From NCBI GenBank assembly GCA_963758915.1, contig CAVWXH010000009.1, positions 64,001 through 128,000 on the forward strand: a stretch of 64,000 nucleotides of DNA, in the 5' to 3' direction. A model generated the notes under the pieces. It made no database searches and was not told the DNA's origin. It saw only the letters and a program-made list of their open reading frames with translations. Shown piece after piece: positions 41,053-50,658 of the stretch. Numbering within the stretch: position 1 is the stretch's first letter; each line of letters begins with the position of its first letter. A program made the position numbers and the translations under genes. The stretch is from an uncultured Methanomicrobiales archaeon. Lineage in GTDB: Archaea; Halobacteriota; Methanomicrobia; Methanomicrobiales; Methanospirillaceae.

Positions 41053-41242
41053 GTCATTCCAACATTCACTTTGCGCGCCCCTGACTCCACACCACCTTCT
41101 GGAAACCCTGATCATGATAGGGAAGACCACTCGAATCTCTGAAAAATTCCAGGGACCCATTGTGGGCATCCTGCCAATGGGAGTTATCCTAGTGAGTCTG
41201 GGGCAGGGATTGGGGGTGATAGGGAACAGAAAAAAAGAATTT

Positions 41243-42907
41243 TTAATGTGTTTTTCGCCTGAAAAGGAATACAGCAACGCAGCATATACCGAGCGCTGAC
41301 AGCACACTAAGCGGGTTTAAAGGTTGTGTTGGCACCGGCGCAACGGGTGAGAGCGCAGCATTAATCTGGACCGACTGTCCCGGGCTTATCTTTCCTGATG
41401 TAGTATATGGCGTATACCCTTCCATTTTTATGGTAACCGTATAGCTCTGTGTCGAATCTATCGGGAAATTCTGTAGGTTCAGTGGGGTGACACCCTTGTA
41501 GATGTTGTTGATATAAACATCCGCGCCTCCTGGTGTGGACATTATCTCGGCACTTGCTGTTCCGGCGGGTTGAGTCCCTGAGGCCTGAAGGGTCGCAGCA
41601 ACCTGTGCGGTCTGCCCCGCGACAATTTTGACCGTGGTCGTGTAGTCCTGGTAGCCGCTCTTCTTCAGGAGAACCGTGTAAGTAGCGGCCGTAAGATCGG
41701 TGATATCGAGCGGACCCGAGGTAGACGTAACCCCCTGGTAGTTACCATTGAGATAGACGGTTGCACCTGACGGTGATGAAGTCACAAGGAGATCGCCGGT
41801 GCTGGGGTTCTGCAGCGGTACAAGGGTAACGCTTGCATAGGTCGTCTGTCCCGCGTAGACACTATAGGTATTAGTGAAAGTCTGGTACCCTGCCATTTTG
41901 AGTTGAACCGTATGTGTGCCTACTACAAGACCACCGACAATCTGGTTCGTTTCACCTTTGTAAATGTTATCAACATACAGTCCTGCCCCTACCGGGATTG
42001 AGCTTACCGAAATGCTACCGGTTTGCGTAACCGGGACAAGATTTGCATATACATTGGTGGTCCCACCGCTGACCACCTGAACATTATTGTTCGAGTATAC
42101 CTGGTACCCTGGCATTGAGACCTGTACGTTATGCCATCCAGTGGCAACATTGTAGAATGTTCCCGATGTAACGAGTGAGTCCTGCCCGTTATCAAGGACT
42201 GCAGTGGCCCCGGAAGGGGATGATGAAACATAGATATTTCCGATCTGCTGGACCGGTGTTAATTGTGCATAAATGTTTACAGTCTGTCCGGCAGCAGGAT
42301 TACCTGCAACTGACTGGGTCCATGTCTGGTACCCGGTCGCCGAGACGACGATGGTGTGACCCGGCGTACCGGTTGTACTCACATCAACGGTCACCGGGGT
42401 TGTCCCGACATACTTACCATCAAATGTTACAGACCCGGCCGGACTCGACTGGATGCTGTAATATCCCTTTTCGCCTCCTGGCGGGGGAGTAGCCGGAAGA
42501 GTCACCGGTATAGGAATCAGTTGTGCATTTACTGACACAGTTCCCCCTGCTGGGGGATTACCAGAGTAATACTTCGACCAGATCTGGTACCCTTCCTTAG
42601 AAACCGTTATTGTATGCCCGGGTGTACCGGTCACATATACCGTTGCAGTTGTTGGCGTTGATCCGACATTTGTCCCGTCAACTGATGCCATCGCCCCGGA
42701 AGGAGATGACGAGATCGCGTAATAACCTTCCTGGCCCCCAATGGGGTTCGATATAGAGGGAGTATCCGATGCCGTTACAGGATATGTCGAAATAGATGGA
42801 TATGTCGTTATCGGATACGTCGTAACATCTGCCGCTGACACAGATGAAACCGTTGCCAGTGCCACGACTAACACAAGCATGATCATGATCAGGTTTTTTG
42901 TTTTCAT
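41243..42907 (-). CDS. PEGA-repeat surface protein with C-terminal membrane anchor
   Basis: About 6 SSPSGA..G.TP..GH....GYQ PEGA repeats; signal peptide; TM plus RRK. Confidence 0.92.
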   Translation of the reverse strand: MKTKNLIMIMLVLVVALATVSSVSAADVTTYPITTYPSISTYPVTASDTPSISNPIGGQEGYYAISSSPSGAMASVDGTNVGSTPTTATVYVTGTPGHTITVSKEGYQIWSKYYSGNPPAGGTVSVNAQLIPIPVTLPATPPPGGEKGYYSIQSSPAGSVTFDGKYVGTTPVTVDVSTTGTPGHTIVVSATGYQTWTQSVAGNPAAGQTVNIYAQLTPVQQIGNIYVSSSPSGATAVLDNGQDSLVTSGTFYNVATGWHNVQVSMPGYQVYSNNNVQVVSGGTTNVYANLVPVTQTGSISVSSIPVGAGLYVDNIYKGETNQIVGGLVVGTHTVQLKMAGYQTFTNTYSVYAGQTTYASVTLVPLQNPSTGDLLVTSSPSGATVYLNGNYQGVTSTSGPLDITDLTAATYTVLLKKSGYQDYTTTVKIVAGQTAQVAATLQASGTQPAGTASAEIMSTPGGADVYINNIYKGVTPLNLQNFPIDSTQSYTVTIKMEGYTPYTTSGKISPGQSVQINAALSPVAPVPTQPLNPLSVLSALGICCVAVFLFRRKTH

Positions 42908-43256
42908 TTTAGTCCTCTGTATAGTGTTTTTAGTCTTTTCCTAGGGTTATATAGTAATCGATTGTATATGACTTTCTTTCCTTGAGGGATAGAAATACCC
43001 GGGGAATAAAAACAACGGGTCTTGGTTTTTATAATAAAAAGCTATCAATTCCTTAATTACGGAATTCTATGCCCTGATACAATCGGATAGAGGATCCACA
43101 GGCCTGTTGCGCCACAATGGATTATTTTTTAAGCCTCTGTGCTAGTGAACAGAAAGTATATACTTACCGGAATTGAAAATAAGACAATAATTTCAGTGTT
43201 TAAGCACCAGGACCGGTTAAACCGGCTGGTACCAGACCTCTGATCAGGAGTATTTA

Positions 43257-43808
43257 ATGGATTACGCCATACCCCTCATCATCCTCGTGGCGAGGATTGT
43301 CGAGACCAGCCTTGACACCATCCGTACGGTCTATATCAGTAAAGGTCATTCAAACCTTGCTGCAAATATCGGTGTTGTAAAAATCGGTATATGGCTCCTC
43401 TCGACCGGGCTGGTACTTTCAAACCTGAATGATTACTGGAGCATTTTTGCATATATTGCAGGATATGGTATTGGGACCCTTCTCGGAACGGAAATTGAAA
43501 AGATCATATCGATAGGGTCTGTAATCGTCCGCCTTATCACGCGTGATGACCCCTCGGACATGATTGATCGGCTCTCAAAAAAGGGATATGGCCTTACAAG
43601 GCTTGAAGGATCGGGGAGTTTTTCAGATTCAGTTACCGTGATCCTGATGATTGTCCCGCGAAGCGAGCAGTCGGTGCTGGTTTCGATTCTATCGAGGGAA
43701 TATCCTGATGTACTGTACACGATTGAGGATGTCCGGTCCTTAAAAGGCGGGGCTGTAATATTCCACAAGGATACCAAAAGCAGGATACTCGGATTTTTCG
43801 GGTTCTAA
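43257..43808 (+). CDS. DUF2179/DUF5698 (UPF0316) membrane protein
   Basis: ARIVETSLDTIR...AYIAGYGIG...GYGLTRLEG-x-G. Confidence 0.85.
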   Translation: MDYAIPLIILVARIVETSLDTIRTVYISKGHSNLAANIGVVKIGIWLLSTGLVLSNLNDYWSIFAYIAGYGIGTLLGTEIEKIISIGSVIVRLITRDDPSDMIDRLSKKGYGLTRLEGSGSFSDSVTVILMIVPRSEQSVLVSILSREYPDVLYTIEDVRSLKGGAVIFHKDTKSRILGFFGF

Positions 43809-44125
43809 AAAAAGTCCCCAAATGAGATGAACTTCCTTTCATTCCATTACCATTCTCTCGAAGACCTGCAGGGATTACGAATTCCCTGCGCAATTGCTTT
43901 TACAACAGGAAGATACTAACACCCTGCAAACCACGTTGGCAATACAGTAACCGGATACCATCCCCTGGTTTTCATCGGGACTGGTACCGGTAGTAATATC
44001 CCGGGTTACCGCAATCACAACTCCTGCGGAGACATCGGATGCTTTGCCTGAATGTTGAGTATAGAGAAATCAAAAACCCGCAGGGCACGCATCGTCAGTC
44101 GAACCGGGAAACGCACGGAAAATTA

Positions 44126-44386
44126 CGCTGTTGAAAAGCTATAATAGGCACCCAGAATCCTGATTTTTCTGAAATTTATCTACGCTCTCGGGGCTCCGCC
44201 CCGCCGCTGTGGCGCCCCGGTTGAGATAGAGACTACCCCCCCAATACATTGAAATTAATGAGCCTTCGGGAAACCCTGCCCGAAGAATATCTTAATGGGG
44301 GTGGGGCAGGGAGGGGGTGAAACCCCCTCCTGTCTTCGTATTTCCCTCTTAATTTTTTTATATTACTAAAGGGTTTCAACAAAGCC
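44126..44386 (+). mobile_element. MITE-like repeat R9 (core A)
   Basis: Well-conserved core; right TIR GGGTTTCAACAAAGCC ends 5 bp from a convergent stop; left end approximate (GCTGTTGAAA). Confidence 0.85.
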
Positions 44387-44391
44387 GAAAA

Positions 44392-45114
44392 TTATAAAAA
44401 TTCCGTCTTTTCAGCAATGGGGAGGACATCTGGGTTCGAAGACCGGCTGTCCAGGGTATGACCAAGCAGCAGATAATCAAGGTGTTCTCCCGGAGGGATA
44501 GTTTCCATTGATCGGTGTACAAGGTAGACCACAATAAGCAACCCGATAATATCGCCCAGGAAATCAGTTACCGAATCAACCAGGCCAAAATTATAGGTAG
44601 TAATGTAGATCAGGTCAATCAGGTACTCGGAGAACTCCCAGGCGAAGCTGAAAATTAACAGGATTACAACGATCCCGGCAAGGACGTCCCCTTCCTGCGT
44701 CCTGAAAATGCGTATCCTCTTTTTAAAAAAGGGCCTCTTTTTCACGTACTCCAGGTAATCGAGGTACTGGTACATGGTGAACAGGATAAGCCCGAGCGCA
44801 ATCGCTGATACAACATGGGCGAGTTTATCAAAAAACGGCACCTCCCAGTACCACCGCATAATCCCACCTGCTACATGGAGGAACAAGGCAAAAGGTACTG
44901 CCATCTTCAACCCGAATGGCAATGATACCTTATCCCTCAATTCAAAGGCAAACGGGACCAGCGTAAGGAAAATAGCGATCAGGGGCCAGAGGGAACGGGT
45001 CACGTCACCGATGAGTATCGACTGAATGTACAGCCCGATAAATATTAATTCAAAAACAAGGGCAATAACAATCTCTGCATTCCTTGCGTTATACACTGAC
45101 CCGTTTCCATTCAT
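44392..45114 (-). CDS. Membrane protein (DUF2238-like; paralogue of 22090-22740)
   Basis: FLHVAGGIMRWYW..FFDKLAH; WEFSEY..D...DSVTD. Confidence 0.75.
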   Translation of the reverse strand: MNGNGSVYNARNAEIVIALVFELIFIGLYIQSILIGDVTRSLWPLIAIFLTLVPFAFELRDKVSLPFGLKMAVPFALFLHVAGGIMRWYWEVPFFDKLAHVVSAIALGLILFTMYQYLDYLEYVKKRPFFKKRIRIFRTQEGDVLAGIVVILLIFSFAWEFSEYLIDLIYITTYNFGLVDSVTDFLGDIIGLLIVVYLVHRSMETIPPGEHLDYLLLGHTLDSRSSNPDVLPIAEKTEFL

Positions 45115-45391
45115 TAAAAGCTCATAAATACTGCCAGCTTATCATTAAAAATCGTTTGCACTGGTAGCGGGATTAACACCACCTTCAACCCGGCATCCCG
45201 CACCATTCGGACGGTCTATTATCCGGTTAAACGGGCCCCTGATCGATACAGGACTGCAAATGGGAACCAATATGAATAAGGAACCTTAATTGGGGCAGGC
45301 GGACATATGTGATTATTCAAACGCCAGTCAGTTGCCAGGAATGAGAACTGGTAACTCATCAGTAAGAGTCATTGCAGGGAGTCAGATCTGA

Positions 45392-46480
45392 TTGGGACAT
45401 GTATTACTATCACCGCTCAACTGGGGCCTTGGCCACGCATCCCGCGATGTCCCTGTCATACGTGAATTATTAAGGAACCACCACGAGGTCACGATTGCTG
45501 CCGGCGGAAATGCCCTCCAGCTCTTACGAAGGGAATTTCCCTCCTGTAACTGCATAGATTTTCCTGATTACCCGCTGGCAGACAACAAAGGCAGGTTCTT
45601 TTTTCCCCGGTTCACAGCCCACGTTCCCGCGCTGGTACAGGCACTTGCAGAAGAACGGAGAAATTTATACAAAATTCTGAAAGAGACCCATTACGACCTT
45701 ATTATCAGCGATTCACGCCCCGGCGTCTACTCCGATTCTATCCCGTCCATCCAGATATCCCATCAGGTGCACCAGAGTTTTCCTTTTATTGTCTGGCCGA
45801 TCGAACTTATTGCGCTCTATGTGAATGGCAGGGGCTTTAAAAAATTTGATTCTGTCATTATTCCGGACAACCCCCCGGGCCCGCTCTCTCTTGCAGGAAA
45901 ACTCTCGCGTACTACCGGCAGCGGGACAAAAAAGATTTCATATTACTCCGGAATTCTCGCAAGCGTCCCTAAGGTCAGTTCGAGTACCGAGATCGATTAT
46001 CTCTTCCTCATCTCAGGGATGGAACCGCAGCGGACAGCACTGGAAAAAATTCTGATGCCTCAGGTCAGTGATCTGCCGGGAAAAAAAGTAGTGCTGCTTG
46101 GAAAACCTTCTGATAACCGCGTAGTGAAACCCGATGATGATACAACAGTCTATTCATACGTTTCCTACCAGGAAAAAGCGGAACTGATGTCGGGATCGAA
46201 ATTCATCATCTGCAGGTCAGGGTATACCTCAATGATGGACCTGGCCGAGATCGGGCTTAAGAAAGGCCTTTTCATCCCTACTCCCGGGCAATGGGAGCAG
46301 GAATATCTCTCTTCCTATTACAAGGGAAAAGGCTGGTTTATGTCAAAAAGCCAGGCAGGATTACGCCTTTTACGTGCTGTTGAGAACGCAGGGGGGTATT
46401 CGGGGTTCCCAACAATGGCGCACACAGAAGAGAATGTACGAAAATTGTACCAGGAACATCTCGTCCGGTACCTGGAGTGA
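45392..46480 (+). CDS. GT-B glycosyltransferase (MJ1255/GT28-C-like)
   Basis: LNWGLGHASR, DLIISD, ICRSGYTSMMD, PTPGQWEQ. Confidence 0.88.
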   Translation: MGHVLLSPLNWGLGHASRDVPVIRELLRNHHEVTIAAGGNALQLLRREFPSCNCIDFPDYPLADNKGRFFFPRFTAHVPALVQALAEERRNLYKILKETHYDLIISDSRPGVYSDSIPSIQISHQVHQSFPFIVWPIELIALYVNGRGFKKFDSVIIPDNPPGPLSLAGKLSRTTGSGTKKISYYSGILASVPKVSSSTEIDYLFLISGMEPQRTALEKILMPQVSDLPGKKVVLLGKPSDNRVVKPDDDTTVYSYVSYQEKAELMSGSKFIICRSGYTSMMDLAEIGLKKGLFIPTPGQWEQEYLSSYYKGKGWFMSKSQAGLRLLRAVENAGGYSGFPTMAHTEENVRKLYQEHLVRYLE

Positions 46481-46557
46481 GATTTTATGACAGAGGCTAT
46501 GACCGTTATGTCCCGGAATTTATTTTCGTCCCCGGCTTCTCTCCCTGGAGGGGATCG

Positions 46558-46797
46558 ATGAAAGTATTTGGGCGACAGGTTGAACCTCTTGTCATCTGGT
46601 GGGCGCTGGGTATTGCAATTGCCTACCTGTTTCTGATCTGGCTCATCGCATGGCTGATCTTTCAGGGAGTCCTCCTCGTGGAAGCATATAATACCGGTAA
46701 TTTCTCTTATATTGACTGGAAACTCTGGCGCTATGCCCTCATGGCAGTGGTTTATTTTGCAATTGGCGGTTTCTTAAAGGCAATCCGTTTTATTTAA
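46558..46797 (+). CDS. Small membrane protein
   Basis: Two hydrophobic segments; GGAGG upstream of ATG. Confidence 0.55.
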   Translation: MKVFGRQVEPLVIWWALGIAIAYLFLIWLIAWLIFQGVLLVEAYNTGNFSYIDWKLWRYALMAVVYFAIGGFLKAIRFI

Positions 46798-46970
46798 CCC
46801 ATTGCCAATCCATTCAGAGGCAAATCACCAGGCTGGATCTGCCTTTCAAACCTCTTATTATTACGATAGTGCACCCTACCATTCCATGAAAGTCTCATGT
46901 TCCGAACAGCAAGTAGGACTCTGCTCATTATCGCATTGATTCGTTATGTCATCTTCACGGGGGATGTTAA

Positions 46971-49031
46971 GTGAGACAGGGGTCAGGCCAGGCACCCGGG
47001 TCCGGAAAAATTCCGCCGGACTCATCTCTTCCACCTGCAGATGGCACGGCCGGACCCGTCCGCGCCCGGTATATCACCGGCGAGATCACAAACCTGGCGG
47101 ATGAGGCGATCAGGGCTGCCAATTCATCACTTTACGAAATTGCGGCAGTACCACCTGAACAGAGGACCATCAGTAACACGCTCATCAGGTTCGAAAAGAC
47201 AATGGGGGATTTCGCGCACAGCACGGCCCCACTTACACTCATGGCATATGTATACCCTGATCGTACGATTGCTGATGAAGGGTCGCTTGCGGAGGAAAAA
47301 GCAGGAACATTTAATGTTGAGGTTTTTACCCGCCGGGACCTGTATGATGCACTCAGGGGGCAGGTGCCTGAAACACCGGAAGAATTGCGGCTCTATACAA
47401 ATACCATAAGGCAATTTGAGCGTAATGGTCTCGCACTTCCTGATGATACGGTATCATTAGTCCGGGACTGGAAATCCAATCTCACCCGCATGGAAACCCG
47501 GTTTAGCAGCAATCTCAATAATGATAACAGCTCGCTTGAATACCGCGCCGATGAACTTGAAGGTGTGCCCGGGGAGGCGCTGGCAACATTAGCGATGACG
47601 AAAAACGGCACCTACCTCGTGACAACAAAGTACCCGGACTATTTTGCAGTCATGAAAAATGCGAACAGGAGCGAGACCCGAAAACGCATGTTGTTCGCGT
47701 TTGTCAACCGGCAGGCAGGCGAGAATACGAAGCTGCTGGAAGACGCGATCATGGTACGGCAGCAGATCGCCCATGAACTTGGTTACAGGACCTGGGCAGA
47801 TTACAAGACGGACGGGCGGATGGCAAAGTCGCAGGAAAATGTCACCGGTTTCCTTGCCGAATTAAAAGAGCCGCTGAAGAACAGGATCAGAACAGAACTT
47901 GCAGGGTTATTGGAGATTAAAAGAACTATTGAACCGGGGGCAACTGATATCAGGCCCTGGGATATCCTCTACCTGCAGGAAGTGCAGAGACGGCAGCAGT
48001 ATGCACTCGATGACGAGATTATCCGCCAGTATTTTCCCCTGGATGTTGTCACTACGGGTATGTTTAACCAGTATTCCGGACTCTTCGGTGTTGATTTCGT
48101 CGAAGTAAAGGAAGCAAAGGTCTGGGCAGAAGGGGTCAGGCTGTACCGGGTGGTAAATCAGTCCAATGGGAAGACACAGGCCTACATATACCTTGACCTG
48201 TTTCCGAGGGAGGGAAAATATGGCCACCTGATGACATCCGGGCTTATCGGGGGAAAATTGGAGAATGGCAGTTATAGTATTCCGGTTACCGCAATCGTCG
48301 GTAACTTCCGTGCCCCGAACAATGGTATCCCCTCACTGCTGAGCCATGATGATGTTGTCGGGCTCTTTCATGAATTTGGCCATACCCTGCATAACAGCCT
48401 TACAACAGCACCATATGCAAGCCTTTCGGGGTACAATGTTGAATGGGACTTTATTGAGACCCCATCACAGGCATTTGAGAACTGGGCCTGGGAGCCAGAG
48501 GTACTGGACTCGCTATCAGGACATTATACAGACCATTCGAAAAAAATCCCGCCTGAACTCCGTACCAGGCTGATCAGGTCGCGGGAGATTGATACCGGGG
48601 TCATATATGGGCGCCAGCTCATGATAGCAACCGAGGACATGGAATTCCATTCGACTGAAGGGCAGGTAGATGTAACGGGCATATCTGAGAGGCTATACCA
48701 GGATATTATGGGGATCCCTCCGATTGAAGGGGGTCATGAACCAGCTACTATCGGGCATTTCATGGGGGGGTATGATGCCGGGTATTACAGTTACCTCTGG
48801 TCTAATGTTTATGCCCTCAATATCTATGAACGATTCAGGAAAGACGGGCTTTCGAACCAGAAAACCGGAAGGGACTACAAGCACTGGATCCTTGAACAGG
48901 GCAACATGCAGGACGGGTCCGTACTCCTCAGGGGATTCCTGGGACATGAACCGGGAATGGAGCCATTTTACAAACGTCTGGGCATTACCAGCGGGATAAA
49001 TACAAGTAATCCCGCTGATTATGAAAAATGA
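46971..49031 (+). CDS. M3A metallopeptidase (thimet oligopeptidase-like); true N-terminus may start at 46897
   Basis: DLFPREGK, FHEFGH, DFIETPSQ, GYDAGYYSYLWS. Confidence 0.93.
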   Translation: MRQGSGQAPGSGKIPPDSSLPPADGTAGPVRARYITGEITNLADEAIRAANSSLYEIAAVPPEQRTISNTLIRFEKTMGDFAHSTAPLTLMAYVYPDRTIADEGSLAEEKAGTFNVEVFTRRDLYDALRGQVPETPEELRLYTNTIRQFERNGLALPDDTVSLVRDWKSNLTRMETRFSSNLNNDNSSLEYRADELEGVPGEALATLAMTKNGTYLVTTKYPDYFAVMKNANRSETRKRMLFAFVNRQAGENTKLLEDAIMVRQQIAHELGYRTWADYKTDGRMAKSQENVTGFLAELKEPLKNRIRTELAGLLEIKRTIEPGATDIRPWDILYLQEVQRRQQYALDDEIIRQYFPLDVVTTGMFNQYSGLFGVDFVEVKEAKVWAEGVRLYRVVNQSNGKTQAYIYLDLFPREGKYGHLMTSGLIGGKLENGSYSIPVTAIVGNFRAPNNGIPSLLSHDDVVGLFHEFGHTLHNSLTTAPYASLSGYNVEWDFIETPSQAFENWAWEPEVLDSLSGHYTDHSKKIPPELRTRLIRSREIDTGVIYGRQLMIATEDMEFHSTEGQVDVTGISERLYQDIMGIPPIEGGHEPATIGHFMGGYDAGYYSYLWSNVYALNIYERFRKDGLSNQKTGRDYKHWILEQGNMQDGSVLLRGFLGHEPGMEPFYKRLGITSGINTSNPADYEK

Positions 49032-49537
49032 GCGGAACAACCGCTCTTGTTGAAACAGGTTGACCATACTTCAGCCAGGGGCAGGCAGGTGAGATCGCAG
49101 GATCTCAGACACCACCCCCTCACCTGCAGGGGATCGCTATGTTACTTACTCCCCAGTTCATTTCACCATTGAAATCCTGTGCCCGGGTGAATGAGGGGGG
49201 AGGACATCCTCCTCTTCCATGCAGTTACCAGGTAAATGTACACTGCCCGGTCATGCAGAAATAATTCAGCCAGATAAGCGACCCGATAAATATTACACCG
49301 AGAATTATTGTCGGAAAGAGCCAGTCAATGGTCTCAATCGGGAAAAATGGTTGTTGTTCCATAAGTCAATGACTCCGGCGATATAACGTCCCGGTCTCCA
49401 GGCAGGTCCTACAATCATGCATTACACTAATTATATAAATACAAATTGCCATGGTTGAGCGGTACCAAAGGTAACGGGATGTAAATGTCCGAAAACCGGG
49501 TCTGCTGATATCCTGCATATTATATGTTAACAAAAGT

Positions 49538-50329
49538 TCAGACAAGAAGTTTTCCAGATAACACATGGACCGCGTGGCCTTCAAGGATTACGCGATCTCC
49601 AATCAGTTTGACACGGACCGACCCCCCTCGGGCCGAACACTGGAACCCGACCATCTCCCTCTTTTTTAATTTCTCCCCCCAGTAAGGCGCAAGACAGCAA
49701 TGAGCCGAGCCGGTCACCGGGTCTTCCGGAACGCCAACTGACGGCGCAAAGAACCGGGAGACGAAGTCGATGTGCGGGAGGTCGGATACTGCCGTGACAA
49801 TGATGCCCCGGGCCCGGATAGCGGTGAGGGCGTTTATGTCGGGTTCGAGACTACAGACATCATCCGCGAGTGGCAGTTCCACTAAGATATCGAACCGGTT
49901 CCGGCCGGTATACAACGGCTCGACCCCGAGCGCCTGGCCTAGACCGGGTACCGGCATGGATGTGGCAGCCGGCTCTGCCGGGAAGTCCATGCTTATCCAA
50001 TCTTCCTCCTTCCGGATGACCAGTGCACCGGAGAGGGTCTCAAAGGTGATAGGTTTCTCCCGTGAAACACGACCGGTCTCCCATAGCACCGATGCGGCGG
50101 CGAGTGTGGCATGGCCGCACAATTCTACTTCCTTTTCGGGAGTGAACCACCGCAGTTTCCAGTTCTCTCCCTCAGGGAACAGGAACGCGGTCTCGGAATG
50201 CTTCAGCTCAGCCGCCACCTGCTGCATCCATGCCGCTTCGGCCTGACCATCCGGGATACAGACGCCCGCCGTGTTACCACTGAACGCGGAGCTGGTGAAG
50301 GCATCAACGAGGTGCAGTTCTGCTTGCAT
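49538..50329 (-). CDS. PhzF family epimerase/isomerase
   Basis: VDAFT..FSGN, SETAF, ELCGHATLA, EDPVTGSA. Confidence 0.93.
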   Translation of the reverse strand: MQAELHLVDAFTSSAFSGNTAGVCIPDGQAEAAWMQQVAAELKHSETAFLFPEGENWKLRWFTPEKEVELCGHATLAAASVLWETGRVSREKPITFETLSGALVIRKEEDWISMDFPAEPAATSMPVPGLGQALGVEPLYTGRNRFDILVELPLADDVCSLEPDINALTAIRARGIIVTAVSDLPHIDFVSRFFAPSVGVPEDPVTGSAHCCLAPYWGEKLKKREMVGFQCSARGGSVRVKLIGDRVILEGHAVHVLSGKLLV

Positions 50330-50495
50330 AGAGGAGAGATTACATGCCGGTGCGTATAAAAATTCTGGAGGGAAGGTAATCGTCGTTTAAAGAGGATTTC
50401 GTTATGACCGCCGCTTCAAAGCGATGATTAAGGGACAGGAAATACGGTTACAGGGAATATCCTGGCGGTTAAGTCCGGGTGGTTCTCCAGGGCCA

Positions 50496-50537
50496 CTGGC
50501 CTTTCAGATTATTTTGCAGGAGTTTTTTATATCAGCC
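50496..50537. repeat. Fragment of repeat module C
   Basis: TGGCCTTTCAGATT...GGAGTTTTTTATATCAGCC matches 37720-37760. Confidence 0.55.
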
Positions 50538-50658
50538 GATAGTTGAAAAAATCAGATTACGCCGGTTGCGACCCTCCAGCGGATGATACCATTACCGGGT
50601 CCACCGTCAGAAGGGTAAAGCGGGGTTAGAACACCCCATTATTCAGTCCTGGTTTCTT

